A stretch of DNA of 64,000 nucleotides from an uncultured virus (IMG/VR IMGVR_UViG_3300042564_004671) (Duplodnaviria; Heunggongvirae; Uroviricota; Caudoviricetes), in IMG/VR virus record IMGVR_UViG_3300042564_004671; one strand, written 5' to 3'. Position 1 is the stretch's first letter, and the number at the start of each line of letters is the position of its first letter. This document shows, in pieces, positions 38,195-47,642 of this stretch. The position numbers were made by a program, and so were the translations under genes. The notes beneath the pieces are model-generated. The model was not told the DNA's origin, searched no databases, and saw only the letters and a program-made list of their open reading frames with translations.

Positions 38195-39550
38195 ATGAAA
38201 CTTAAAAGATATATTCAATTTATTAAAGAGTCTATTAAAGAAGATATAGAAGAAGGAACTCTTTGGAAGTTAACCGAAGATGATATCACCGATTATATGT
38301 TAGAAATAACAGATGCTGGATATTATGTTTCAGTTGAATTTGGTTTTTGCGAAACTATACAAGAAACAAATTGGTCTACTAAAGAGGTAAAAGATAAAGA
38401 TATTTTTACTGAGAAAGTAAAATCAGGAGATAAAGTTAGACCGGCTTATTGGATTAAAATAGATAAAAGTGGTAGAGTTAAAAATGATGATGTTACTTCT
38501 ACATTTCAATTTGCTTGTGGTATTATAGGTGAAGAAGCCAATACTGAAATATCAATAAATGATGCTGATGGTAACCTTGGAGATATAGACGGAATAGAAA
38601 TTAAAGGTGGTTTATTCTACACAGATAATTGGAATTCAAATGAACCAGAGTTATTAGAGGCTGAAGATTATATTGCTATTTTTGCTAAATCAAAAGAAAC
38701 CATTACATTCACACAAGAAAATTTAGTAGAGTATTATAACTGGTCAGATGCTATTGTAAAAGATGGTAGAATTTATATTGAAATAGATACAGAAGATTTA
38801 TCTGATATTATGTTATCTAGAAGTTCTAGTTATAAAGACATCTTAGTAAAAGGTGAGGAAGATATGTATGATAATTACTATGGTTCTGATTATCAACCAG
38901 ATATTACATCAATGTTTCAATATTCTTTAGATAAAGAGAATGAAGTTTTATTAGTAAAAGCTATGATTAAAGAAATGGGTGGTTTAGAAGACACTATTAA
39001 TCATATTGGTGATGAATGTTCAGATGAAACATACGAAAGTGTTAAAGGTAAGTCAGAAGAAGAAGTCATTCAATTCCTATTAAAAGAAAGATTCTACGAA
39101 ACATTAAAACAATTATGTAAAAATTCTGAAATCTGTCAAGATATTAGACAAACTATTGGAGATTGGGAAATGAACGCTCACGTTGACACAAACTATAAAG
39201 AAATTCTTCATGAATTTGATGAAGTTGTTGAAAGTGAATTCACATTTACAAAAGAAGATAAAGAAATTACTAGGTATTATAAATCAAAAGATGCCGAAGG
39301 AAATGAAACCAAAAGAGAGTATAAAGAAATAGTGACCTATTATACCATTCCTTATAGTAATGATTGGATAGATAATGAAGATGCCGAAAGACTAAAAGGT
39401 AATAGTTTATTTGACATATTCAAAGAATGGTGTGGGGAACAATACTTTACATATGAATTGAAACCTTATTTTTCCGACCATGGTGATGTTGATTCAAAAG
39501 CTCTTAATCAGGATTTGAAATCAGATTTAGAAAGATATCTTAAAAAGTAA
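38195..39550 (+). CDS. acidic hypothetical protein with capsid-targeting-like leader
   Basis: MKLKRYIQFIKE, 451 aa. Confidence 0.65.
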   Translation: MKLKRYIQFIKESIKEDIEEGTLWKLTEDDITDYMLEITDAGYYVSVEFGFCETIQETNWSTKEVKDKDIFTEKVKSGDKVRPAYWIKIDKSGRVKNDDVTSTFQFACGIIGEEANTEISINDADGNLGDIDGIEIKGGLFYTDNWNSNEPELLEAEDYIAIFAKSKETITFTQENLVEYYNWSDAIVKDGRIYIEIDTEDLSDIMLSRSSSYKDILVKGEEDMYDNYYGSDYQPDITSMFQYSLDKENEVLLVKAMIKEMGGLEDTINHIGDECSDETYESVKGKSEEEVIQFLLKERFYETLKQLCKNSEICQDIRQTIGDWEMNAHVDTNYKEILHEFDEVVESEFTFTKEDKEITRYYKSKDAEGNETKREYKEIVTYYTIPYSNDWIDNEDAERLKGNSLFDIFKEWCGEQYFTYELKPYFSDHGDVDSKALNQDLKSDLERYLKK

Positions 39551-40117
39551 TTAAATATTCATATACTCTTTTAACTTCAATAACATATAATCTGTTACTA
39601 AGTCAGATGTATTTAATGAAGAAAGATATTTAATATCAACTTTAACAGCCTTACTCATTTCCTCTTCTTTAGAACCATCACCTTTAGCAACTACTTCATG
39701 ATAGTCTCTCTCATTTAATGGTAGAATATAAGGATAATATTTGTTGGCTGATGCTTTATTAATAAAAAGTGGTCTCAAAGCTTCTAATTGATAATCTTCT
39801 CTTAAAACTATACCAGCTTCTTCTTCTAATTCTCTTAGAAGAGCTTTATCAGGAGTTTCACCTTGTTCAATTCCACCACAAACTAAAGTAACATGGTATT
39901 CTTGACCATCAACATATTTAAATGTTGGAATATATTCATATCTTAAAACTATCTGATTAGTTTCAATCAAATATGGAATACAAACTACCGCATCTCTTTC
40001 TTTAAGAATTGACCAATCCTCAAATTGAACTATTTGGAAATGTTCATCTTTATAAAGTACTTTTTCTTTAGAGTCGTCAAACTCGTCTTTTGGTTTTAAT
40101 TTTGAAAATTTCTCCAC
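39551..40117 (-). CDS. Nudix hydrolase (GTG start)
   Basis: GGIEQGETPDKALLRELEEEAG Nudix box. Confidence 0.9.
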   Translation of the reverse strand: MEKFSKLKPKDEFDDSKEKVLYKDEHFQIVQFEDWSILKERDAVVCIPYLIETNQIVLRYEYIPTFKYVDGQEYHVTLVCGGIEQGETPDKALLRELEEEAGIVLREDYQLEALRPLFINKASANKYYPYILPLNERDYHEVVAKGDGSKEEEMSKAVKVDIKYLSSLNTSDLVTDYMLLKLKEYMNI

Positions 40118-40148
40118 GGTAATTTAATTGTTTTTCTTATATATTAAA

Positions 40149-40787
40149 TTAATATTTGTAGTTCTTAGTCGCCTTACGACATTTCAACTGACTTTTAACA
40201 TTATTCAATTCAGATGTTCCCATTTCAAGACGAGCACTCTTACGCTTCATAACTAAACCTTCAATCATATCGATTGGTGTTAGTTTATCAAATAAGTCTT
40301 TAAATCCATTTAAGTAAGATTTAACACGATAAACATTTGTTGTAATATTATAAAGGTAATCTTTTTCAGAATCGACTTGACCGTAAATATTATCCAATAA
40401 CTGAACTCTTTCTTGAAAAGTCTTACCAACTAAATAGTCACCATCTAAAGCAAGAATGTCAAAAATAACAAACTTATGGTTGAATGGTTGTCTAGTTTCA
40501 TCAGATTTGTTCTTATTCATATACTCACCATTAAGAACGGTCCATCCACCAGTACCTCGGTAGATGTCTTTTACTTCTTCATCACTTAAACGGAAGTTAG
40601 TTAGTCTTTGATTATGACGATTCATAACTATTGATTTAACACCATTAGTGAAAATCAAACAATTAGAACCGTTAAGTTTTGGCTGAGCAATTAGGCTATC
40701 ATCATCCCAGAAATCTAGTTCACTATCAGGAATAGCATTCTTAGGTCTTGGTGGATAGATATATCGATATGTTATAAATTTAGACAT
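40149..40787 (-). CDS. ATP-dependent ligase-type nucleotidyltransferase (adenylation domain only)
   Basis: QPKLNG (motif I), LNGEY, FVIFDIL, IEGLVMK, LKCR; no OB domain. Confidence 0.8.
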   Translation of the reverse strand: MSKFITYRYIYPPRPKNAIPDSELDFWDDDSLIAQPKLNGSNCLIFTNGVKSIVMNRHNQRLTNFRLSDEEVKDIYRGTGGWTVLNGEYMNKNKSDETRQPFNHKFVIFDILALDGDYLVGKTFQERVQLLDNIYGQVDSEKDYLYNITTNVYRVKSYLNGFKDLFDKLTPIDMIEGLVMKRKSARLEMGTSELNNVKSQLKCRKATKNYKY

Positions 40788-40791
40788 AACA

Positions 40792-40822
40792 CAAAGATAA
40801 TAAAACTTATGATAGTTGCCAA
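40792..40822 (-). promoter_or_regulatory. Bacteroidota-type promoter
   Basis: TATCTTTG at 40792-40799 (-), TTG about 20 nt upstream. Confidence 0.55.
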
Positions 40823-41421
40823 GACATTTGACCGAAAATTTGAGTTAAATCTTCATTATGTTTACGGGATGTTGAACTATAAACTTTTGTATTAATAGCC
40901 ATATTCAACTTATAATCCATTATTTCTAAAGGATTGTGAACTTTAAGTTTTTTCCCATTGAAGTCAAATATTATAAAAGAAGCATTATTATCATTATGAA
41001 AGAAATCAACTTTATATTCTTTGTATTTAGGGAATAATTGTAATTTCTCGATACTAATTAAAGGTTTCTTTTTATATTTAAAATCAACATATCCTAATCT
41101 ATTAGGTGTTGAAAATTCATCATCATATCCGTCTTTAGAATACTTAGAATATCGATTTTTATCATCAATAAGAATATCAATATCATTTGTATCTCTGTAT
41201 ATGAGACCAAGAATATTTAGAGCTAATGAACCACTGATGATATCATTGGGAAATTCATCTGAAATAAAGTAAAGTAAATCTTTGTATTTCTCTTTCAAAG
41301 TAGGTTTGAAATCAATCTCACCATTGAGAACTTTCAGTTTATAATCTCTGAACTCTGTTTGTAACTCAGTAGGAGTTAAATAGTTGGTATGTACCGTACC
41401 TAAACGATATGAATTTGCCAT
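40807..41421 (-). CDS. nucleotidyltransferase-fold protein with N-terminal RxxKL tag
   Basis: ISGSLAL...RDTNDIDILI, VDFF, RKHNEDL; FRDYKLKVL near the N-terminus. Confidence 0.7.
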   Translation of the reverse strand: MANSYRLGTVHTNYLTPTELQTEFRDYKLKVLNGEIDFKPTLKEKYKDLLYFISDEFPNDIISGSLALNILGLIYRDTNDIDILIDDKNRYSKYSKDGYDDEFSTPNRLGYVDFKYKKKPLISIEKLQLFPKYKEYKVDFFHNDNNASFIIFDFNGKKLKVHNPLEIMDYKLNMAINTKVYSSTSRKHNEDLTQIFGQMSWQLS

Positions 41422-41435
41422 TAAAATAAAATTAG

Positions 41436-41506
41436 AGGTCGGGGGTAGTAACTAACTACCGTATCATCATTTGCAATGATGTACCTAAGATCTCGGTCAC
41501 CCGACC
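41436..41506 (-). tRNA. tRNA-Cys(GCA), atypical T-loop, no encoded CCA
   Basis: GGTCGGG/CCCGACC acceptor stem, CATCA-TTGCAAA-TGATG anticodon arm, GGTAG-TTAGTTA-CTACC T arm, U73. Confidence 0.85.
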
Positions 41507-41514
41507 ATATAGTA

Positions 41515-41655
41515 TTAAGAGTTTATTTCCTCTTGTAGTTCCGACATCAATAATTGATATTGGTAATCTTGTGCCATTGAAATTAAATCAGAAAGTGAAT
41601 TCACATCCATTTCTGGGTTTTCTAAATAATCATTAATAACTTGTGTAGCGTCCAT
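41515..41655 (-). CDS. small acidic protein
   Basis: MDATQ... 46 aa; TATATTTG at 41672-41679 and TTTG 19 nt further upstream. Confidence 0.5.
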   Translation of the reverse strand: MDATQVINDYLENPEMDVNSLSDLISMAQDYQYQLLMSELQEEINS

Positions 41656-41683
41656 ATCTTTTATATTTATACAAATATAGTAA

Positions 41684-42079
41684 TTATTTTCTAGATTCCA
41701 AAATATCACCAATAGTTGTTTTAGAATAACCTATCATTTTTTCAACCCCTAAGATATGATTAATTCTTTTTTGTCTTAAAACATCTTTTGGATAAACAGA
41801 GTTTAAATCAATCAACCGACCAGTTGAATAAGTATGCTTAGTTACTCTGATACCTCTTTTACTCACATACTCAACATATTTTGGTTGAAATTCTTCTGGT
41901 AGGTATTCATAACCAACACATTCATATCCATTACAATAATATCTACCACAATCACAATTCCAATAATAGTAATCATCATCGTAATCATCATCCCAATAAC
42001 CCCAATAGTAATCACTACCAAGTTCAGCCTTGGTTATTATCTTATCAAGAATTTCTGTTCTATTTTTTCTCAGTGCCAT
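41684..42079 (-). CDS. hypothetical protein with RxxKI tag
   Basis: Y/D/W-rich N-terminus; RQKRINHILG. Confidence 0.6.
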   Translation of the reverse strand: MALRKNRTEILDKIITKAELGSDYYWGYWDDDYDDDYYYWNCDCGRYYCNGYECVGYEYLPEEFQPKYVEYVSKRGIRVTKHTYSTGRLIDLNSVYPKDVLRQKRINHILGVEKMIGYSKTTIGDILESRK

Positions 42080-42467
42080 TTATTAATTCGCTTAATCTCC
42101 AATCCCTGATGTTGATTTTGAAATCATCAAAAGAATGAGAATTTGACATTATATCTATTCTTGTATTTATTTCTTTTATTAAGTCACTTATTTCCATATC
42201 TCTATTTCTACATTGACCATCATAAACACATTCAATACTTGTTTTATTAGAAGCTAATATCCACATAGTAATATTTGAGTAAATATCAAACATTCGTTTT
42301 ACTTGTGCTAAATACTCTTCAGCAGATTGTCTAGACTTACCAGATACATCAACATGAACGGTAAAGATAGGATTATTTAAATTTAGTTCAATTTTTTCTG
42401 GAGCAACACCATATGAGTGAGTAAATGGATTGTTATTTATAGCATTTTGAAGATTTTGAAAAGACAT
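42060..42467 (-). CDS. portal(gp20)-like fragment + RxxKI-type tag
   Basis: IFTVHVDVSGKSRQSAEEYLAQVKRMF; RDWRLSELI. Confidence 0.5.
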   Translation of the reverse strand: MSFQNLQNAINNNPFTHSYGVAPEKIELNLNNPIFTVHVDVSGKSRQSAEEYLAQVKRMFDIYSNITMWILASNKTSIECVYDGQCRNRDMEISDLIKEINTRIDIMSNSHSFDDFKINIRDWRLSELINGTEKK

Positions 42468-42501
42468 AATAATAAATTTTTATTTATTATATCTACTTTA
42501 C

Positions 42502-42981
42502 TTAAAATGTTTCTAATACAGAAGCTGTCTTGTGGAAGATTTTATCTTTAGCTTGTTCTTTATCTAAAAATCCAGCCCAATCAATCTCTTCAATTTGAAG
42601 TCTTTCTTTTGGAATAACTTCCGAATCTAAACCAATTTCAGAGACATCATTTATATGAACCGTATATAAAGTTATACTTTTATACTTTATGCCTTTCTTA
42701 TTTTCATAAAAAACAACAATAGGATTTTTAATATCTAATATTTGACTCTTACTAATTATAACTGAGGTTTCTTCTTTTAATTCACGAAGAGCAGCATCTA
42801 AAGTAGATTCACCTTCTTCTATACCACCTTTTGGAAATGAATAAGTTCCGAACCAACGAGAATTGGATGGATGACAAAGTAAAACTTTCTCACCTTTTAA
42901 TATAATTACAACACCGGCTGATTTCTTCATCTTGCTATCAAAAGGATCAAACTCAAAGAATTTATTGATTCTACTTAACAT
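42502..42981 (-). CDS. Nudix hydrolase
   Basis: SAGVVI, FPKGGIEEGESTLDAALRELKEETS, EEID. Confidence 0.9.
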   Translation of the reverse strand: MLSRINKFFEFDPFDSKMKKSAGVVIILKGEKVLLCHPSNSRWFGTYSFPKGGIEEGESTLDAALRELKEETSVIISKSQILDIKNPIVVFYENKKGIKYKSITLYTVHINDVSEIGLDSEVIPKERLQIEEIDWAGFLDKEQAKDKIFHKTASVLETF

Positions 42982-43463
42982 TATTTCATGTGTCTCACAT
43001 CTTTATGTGATGATTTAGGATTATTACTATGTGACCACAATCTAGCAAATGGAGTTTGAAAGAAATCATTATAGATTAGTGTATCATCTATATGAAGTGA
43101 TATATTTTGCTCTTTACAATATTTAGCTTTAACATTATCCCAAACACCGTCTTCAAACTTCTTTTGAATAGTACCATCTGGAAACTGAATCTCTCCAGTT
43201 ATGGTAGATCCTGTCTCAATTAAATAATCATATACTGAAAATTTATGTGTCCACTTGATACCAAAATCATTTAATTGTTTTTCAAAATCTTCATTCCAAT
43301 GACCACCTGTTATAAGGTGAACTTCACCACCATTCTTAACAAATGAATCAGTTAAGAATGAGAAAAAATCCGGCATTGAATCTACAACACCATGTATATC
43401 TAAACCTAGTTTAAATGTACCTGTACTAACTTCTTCATTAATCATTTCACTGAATTTTAACAT
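42981..43463 (-). CDS. HAD-superfamily phosphatase with leader
   Basis: MLKFSEMINEE; GLDIHGVVD, HLITG, KAKYC, LHIDD. Confidence 0.75.
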   Translation of the reverse strand: MLKFSEMINEEVSTGTFKLGLDIHGVVDSMPDFFSFLTDSFVKNGGEVHLITGGHWNEDFEKQLNDFGIKWTHKFSVYDYLIETGSTITGEIQFPDGTIQKKFEDGVWDNVKAKYCKEQNISLHIDDTLIYNDFFQTPFARLWSHSNNPKSSHKDVRHMK

Positions 43464-43485
43464 AAACTATATATAAAATTTATTT

Positions 43486-43884
43486 CTACAATAAATTTCG
43501 CCAACCCCCTCTTTCAACCGGAATTACTTTACAAAGATAATCATTTTGAGAAAAAACAGCATTACAATAATAAATTTCTTCTTCTGAATTTTCAAAATGC
43601 ATATCGATTTTAAGTCTCATTAAATGAGAAAACTTCCATTCTCTATTTGTGAAGTTAATATCAGTTATTCCAAGTTTATTAGCCAACTCATAAACAACAA
43701 CGTGTTCATTTTTTATTCCAAGATTTTTATTTTTTTCATCATATCTTCTTGTAACTATACAAACATCATGTCCTTCTTCAATATATTTTTTTGCTAATTG
43801 TTGTATTTCCTCTTTTTGATGATTGATAATCTTTCCACCAAATTCATCATCTAAAGTCCCATCAAAATCAAAACTTATTCTCAT
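43486..43884 (-). CDS. HAD-superfamily phosphatase
   Basis: ISFDFDGTLD, IVTRR, K, HFEN. Confidence 0.8.
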   Translation of the reverse strand: MRISFDFDGTLDDEFGGKIINHQKEEIQQLAKKYIEEGHDVCIVTRRYDEKNKNLGIKNEHVVVYELANKLGITDINFTNREWKFSHLMRLKIDMHFENSEEEIYYCNAVFSQNDYLCKVIPVERGGWRNLL

Positions 43885-43886
43885 TT

Positions 43887-44507
43887 TTATTTATTAAAAG
43901 TTTTTTCATAAACATTCCTAATGGCTTTTATACCATTTGGTTGAATCTCTCTTGTTCCTATACCCGCAAAATTTTGAGAAGTTATAGAAGGAACATCTTT
44001 CATTTCAACAAATTGAAGAGTTGAGTAAGACCATCTAAACCACTTATCTCTAACTTGATCAAATACAAATACTTCTTTTTTATTATTTATACCCATCATT
44101 ACTGCATATCCGGTACCACCATCGACAATATCAAATTCACCTTTATTGTAATATCCTTTTGAATTTTTGTGACCAGATTTAATAATTGTGCTAATTGCAA
44201 ATATTTGATCCGAGTATTTCACTTGAGACCAATTACGAGCTAGCAAATTCATATACTTATGAATTCCATATCTATTTAGAAACTTATTTGCTTTATTAAC
44301 TTCAATAACACCTTCATTATAATCATCATCTGAAATTTCAACTTTATTAGGTGATGTGTGTTTAGGTGTTTTATGAGAGTAGGCTCTGGTAGTAACATCA
44401 TAGGTAACTCCTTCGTTTTCCCAGACGGTATCCGCTCCGACTGCACCACCAGAATGACAAACTACTTTTGTCAAGTCAATGGGTTTTTTATCAAAAATAT
44501 CAATCAT
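43887..44507 (-). CDS. SLOG-superfamily (DprA/MoCo-carrier-like) protein
   Basis: HSGGAVGAD, LARNWSQV, GGTGYAV, FAGIGTR. Confidence 0.75.
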   Translation of the reverse strand: MIDIFDKKPIDLTKVVCHSGGAVGADTVWENEGVTYDVTTRAYSHKTPKHTSPNKVEISDDDYNEGVIEVNKANKFLNRYGIHKYMNLLARNWSQVKYSDQIFAISTIIKSGHKNSKGYYNKGEFDIVDGGTGYAVMMGINNKKEVFVFDQVRDKWFRWSYSTLQFVEMKDVPSITSQNFAGIGTREIQPNGIKAIRNVYEKTFNK

Positions 44508-44754
44508 TTAGTATTTTGTTTATTAAAAATTCTCTCTTTATCGATAAATCCTTTTCAAAAAATAGATTTATCGAATTTTCTCCACTAAAAGAGCTATAGA
44601 TATTCAATTTATATTTACAATCTTGATAATGTTTATCTAAGTATTTAATTATTAAATATCTAGCATCATCTATATTGGTTACTTTATCACTATACGGAAC
44701 ATCAAAACTCTCCACTAAGTTTTTATTAGTTTCTAAATAAATATTTATCATCAT
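44500..44754 (-). CDS. small protein with RxxKI-type tag
   Basis: ends KREFLINKILND. Confidence 0.55.
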   Translation of the reverse strand: MMINIYLETNKNLVESFDVPYSDKVTNIDDARYLIIKYLDKHYQDCKYKLNIYSSFSGENSINLFFEKDLSIKREFLINKILND

Positions 44755-45617
44755 AGTTTTACCTCCATACCTTGAGTGTTCCAGATGGCCAATGCACCAT
44801 CCATCCTAAAATACAGGTCTCTTATATCAATCGGTTCATTAAAAATGTATTTTTTAAGACAAAGAAAAAATCTATTTCCATTACAACCAACCATTTCTTT
44901 ATGTAAGATATTATTACCTACATCAATATAAGAATTAATTCTAAAATTCTCAACTCTTTCTACCGTAAATATCTTAGTACTAAATACTAAATCGATTGTA
45001 TCCAATATTTCTTTAATCTCTGAGAAATCATTAAATGAATAAATCACTTCATCGTTTTTAATACAAGCAATTTTTAATCCTAAATGATTATATTTATTTA
45101 TAACATCTTCAATAATAACACGTTGTGCTTTACCCTGTCTCTTTGGATTAATATTACCGAATATATATTGTCGGAATTGTTTAGAGTGGTTAAAAATCTC
45201 AGGGAAATCAAATTTTGATAAGAAATCTTCATATGAGTTTCCCAATTCATTTAGGAAATCAGGATCATATTTTTTAAGAACCTTCCAGTTTGCTTTTTTA
45301 ATATCTATAGATATATACTTACAATCTTCTGAATATTCAAAGTTTTTAGTAACTGGATAATCAGGTATTAAATTATCATCTTGAAGCTCATTATAAGCTC
45401 TTGTATTTTTGAGAAAATCAATTATCTGATTTGATTTTTCAATTCTATATTCATAAAGATCACCATACTTTTCTTCAGCTTCTTCATAAAGTCTAATTAA
45501 CTCTTTAATATTTTTCCACTTCTCCAACTTAGAGAATTGTTCTATATAATAGTCAAAGTGTTCGTATTCGGGAACACTTATGTCCATTAATTTACAAAAT
45601 CCTTTTACGTCTTTCAT
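44751..45617 (-). CDS. hypothetical protein, possibly polymerase-palm-like
   Basis: YISIDIKKAN and IKNDEVIY resemble palm motifs A and C; weak. Confidence 0.4.
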   Translation of the reverse strand: MKDVKGFCKLMDISVPEYEHFDYYIEQFSKLEKWKNIKELIRLYEEAEEKYGDLYEYRIEKSNQIIDFLKNTRAYNELQDDNLIPDYPVTKNFEYSEDCKYISIDIKKANWKVLKKYDPDFLNELGNSYEDFLSKFDFPEIFNHSKQFRQYIFGNINPKRQGKAQRVIIEDVINKYNHLGLKIACIKNDEVIYSFNDFSEIKEILDTIDLVFSTKIFTVERVENFRINSYIDVGNNILHKEMVGCNGNRFFLCLKKYIFNEPIDIRDLYFRMDGALAIWNTQGMEVKL

Positions 45618-45618
45618 A

Positions 45619-45948
45619 TTAGTTTAATACCTGTTTTATTTTTTCGTCTCTTTGATAAGCTTTATAATCTTCTCCTTCCGTGATAAAATATTCTGACATT
45701 TCTTGTTCAGTAAAATAATACCACTTTATTCTCTCACTATATGGTAAATTCCACCAATCTTTTCTACCAGAATGATATCCATGTTGATCATCTTCAACAC
45801 AAAAACCATATCCTTTTCTACCATTAACTTCTGGATCAGCATTAAATTCTAAATTACCTCTTCCTTTGATATCATAATGACTACCAACTTTAATAGTTTT
45901 GTATTCTTTGACACAAACAACTCTTTGACAATCCCATCTATCTTCCAT
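45619..45948 (-). CDS. small protein with RxxKI tag
   Basis: ends RDEKIKQVLN. Confidence 0.6.
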   Translation of the reverse strand: MEDRWDCQRVVCVKEYKTIKVGSHYDIKGRGNLEFNADPEVNGRKGYGFCVEDDQHGYHSGRKDWWNLPYSERIKWYYFTEQEMSEYFITEGEDYKAYQRDEKIKQVLN

Positions 45949-46105
45949 CGAATAGTTTTTTAATTTTATATTTTCTAGCTTTTATAACATTAACTCTACA
46001 TCTTAACTTGGATAACTCTGAGTAAACATCAGTTACATTCATAGCACCGTAGCTCGAGTTCAAAATCATCTTGTAATAAGCTAATTTACTTTCTAATTCT
46101 CTCAT
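45938..46105 (-). CDS. unlisted 55-aa ORF: DNA polymerase B motif-B fragment + RxxKI tag
   Basis: MRELESKLAYYKMILNSSYGAMN...ARKYKIKKLFDGR; ATGA overlap with the upstream gene. Confidence 0.7.
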   Translation of the reverse strand: MRELESKLAYYKMILNSSYGAMNVTDVYSELSKLRCRVNVIKARKYKIKKLFDGR

Positions 46106-46707
46106 AAATCTCCGTGATGGTCAATTTTTTCCATAGTTCTCTTTGACATTATATTAGTAATATCACCTATGTTAAAAGGTCGATATTCACCAAACATTTT
46201 ATAAGCAACATCAACTCCAACGTCCATAGAACGACCAAAGTCTGGGATAGAACCGTGTGAGTGACCATAAAGATGTATAACACCTTTGTGACTACCTAAC
46301 CAAACTCGATGTGAGTAGTGAGAAAGGAATAGTTTTGTTTTACCAATATCTAAAGTTAAAACATCTTGAACTGATGAAAAAAGTTCAATTGGGTTAAATG
46401 ATGTATCGTGATATTTTATTTCTTTGTCTACTATGTGTTGGTCATGATTTCCTAAAATAAGATGTACATTTTTACAAACAATGTAGTTTCTAAATTGAAG
46501 TATGTTATGAACTCCACCGAAACTCCAATCACCTAAGTGATAAAGAATATCATCTTCTTTAACATATTTGTTGATACCATCAACAAGTGCCATATTCATT
46601 TCATGTACAGAGTTAAAATCTCTATATCCTGAAGACCAGTTCGATATTTTGGGACCAGCTATGTTAGTGTGTCCAAAGTGTGTGTCTGATGTAAACCATA
46701 TATTCAT
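46102..46707 (-). CDS. calcineurin-like metallophosphoesterase
   Basis: TSDTHFGH, HLGD, GNHD, SHY, GHSH, DVGVD. Confidence 0.92.
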   Translation of the reverse strand: MNIWFTSDTHFGHTNIAGPKISNWSSGYRDFNSVHEMNMALVDGINKYVKEDDILYHLGDWSFGGVHNILQFRNYIVCKNVHLILGNHDQHIVDKEIKYHDTSFNPIELFSSVQDVLTLDIGKTKLFLSHYSHRVWLGSHKGVIHLYGHSHGSIPDFGRSMDVGVDVAYKMFGEYRPFNIGDITNIMSKRTMEKIDHHGDL

Positions 46708-46711
46708 AATA

Positions 46712-46719
46712 CAAATATA
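46712..46719 (-). promoter_or_regulatory. Bacteroidota -7 element
   Basis: TATATTTG 4 nt before the ATG of the metallophosphoesterase operon. Confidence 0.55.
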
Positions 46720-46733
46720 AGGATTTAAAATAA

Positions 46734-46758
46734 AAAAACCACTCTATTGAATGGTTTT
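46734..46758 (-). terminator. possible intrinsic terminator
   Basis: aaaacca...tggtttt inverted repeat with a T run on the minus strand after 46777..47541. Confidence 0.45.
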
Positions 46759-46776
46759 CTAATTTTTTTCAGATTT

Positions 46777-47541
46777 TTATTTTTTGACTTCTTTCCAAAA
46801 GTGCTTTTGTCCAGGTTCTTCTTGAATTTTCCCATCTTTAAATGCAAACTTTTTCAAACCACCAACTGGTATTTTATATGAATCGGACTGATTAGGTGGG
46901 GTAGGTGGAGTATCAGTAGAATCTTTGAATCTACCAGTAAACTTATCATTTTCAGGTCTATAATAACCAACAGCCGCACTATCAGTACCATCATATCCAA
47001 AAAATTCAAGAATCTTAGTTAATAACCAACTAACCACAAACGATCCTATCCAATATAAAGCAGCAATAGAACCACTACCATCTGTCATAAATAATCCTGT
47101 AACAAATGCCGGTAATCCAAACCAACCAGCAATATTCAATCCGAATAAATATTTAAGAGTTGCCAATATTTTTACTATAATGTTTTCACCTTCTACTGTA
47201 TGCCACTCATCACTTTGACTCTCTTTAACAGGACTTAGTTTAAGAGCCTCTATCATTTTAGAAACATTTTTTGAATCTAACTCTGGAGTAATTGTTCCAA
47301 AATTTTTCATCATAAAGTCATATATTTTCTTTAATGATTCTTTACTTGGTTTTATAGAATTCAAAATATCATGACCTTTATCTTCTAACCATTTCTCAAC
47401 AGGTTTAACCATTGTGTTTTTTATTTCATTATAGATTGATTTATAAACATCAGCTGCTCCAGCGATTGGATCAACTGGCATAAACATCATGTCCATAGTT
47501 TCATTTACATTGAAAGATTCAAATTTTTTAATATATTTCAT
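46777..47541 (-). CDS. membrane protein with capsid-targeting-like leader
   Basis: MKYIKKFESFNVNE; two hydrophobic helices; TAATATATA at 47565-47573 (-). Confidence 0.65.
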   Translation of the reverse strand: MKYIKKFESFNVNETMDMMFMPVDPIAGAADVYKSIYNEIKNTMVKPVEKWLEDKGHDILNSIKPSKESLKKIYDFMMKNFGTITPELDSKNVSKMIEALKLSPVKESQSDEWHTVEGENIIVKILATLKYLFGLNIAGWFGLPAFVTGLFMTDGSGSIAALYWIGSFVVSWLLTKILEFFGYDGTDSAAVGYYRPENDKFTGRFKDSTDTPPTPPNQSDSYKIPVGGLKKFAFKDGKIQEEPGQKHFWKEVKK

Positions 47542-47642
47542 AATATAAGTAATTTTTTATAACATATATATTATTTTTCTAAATATATTTTTCATCAAAC
47601 TATCATTTTTTAGATATATAAACTATAAAAAAATCGTATTTA

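Noticed and set aside
44751..45617. Functional DNA polymerase
   Set aside because: Only two short acidic motifs resemble a palm domain; too small and too weak to call without a structure search.
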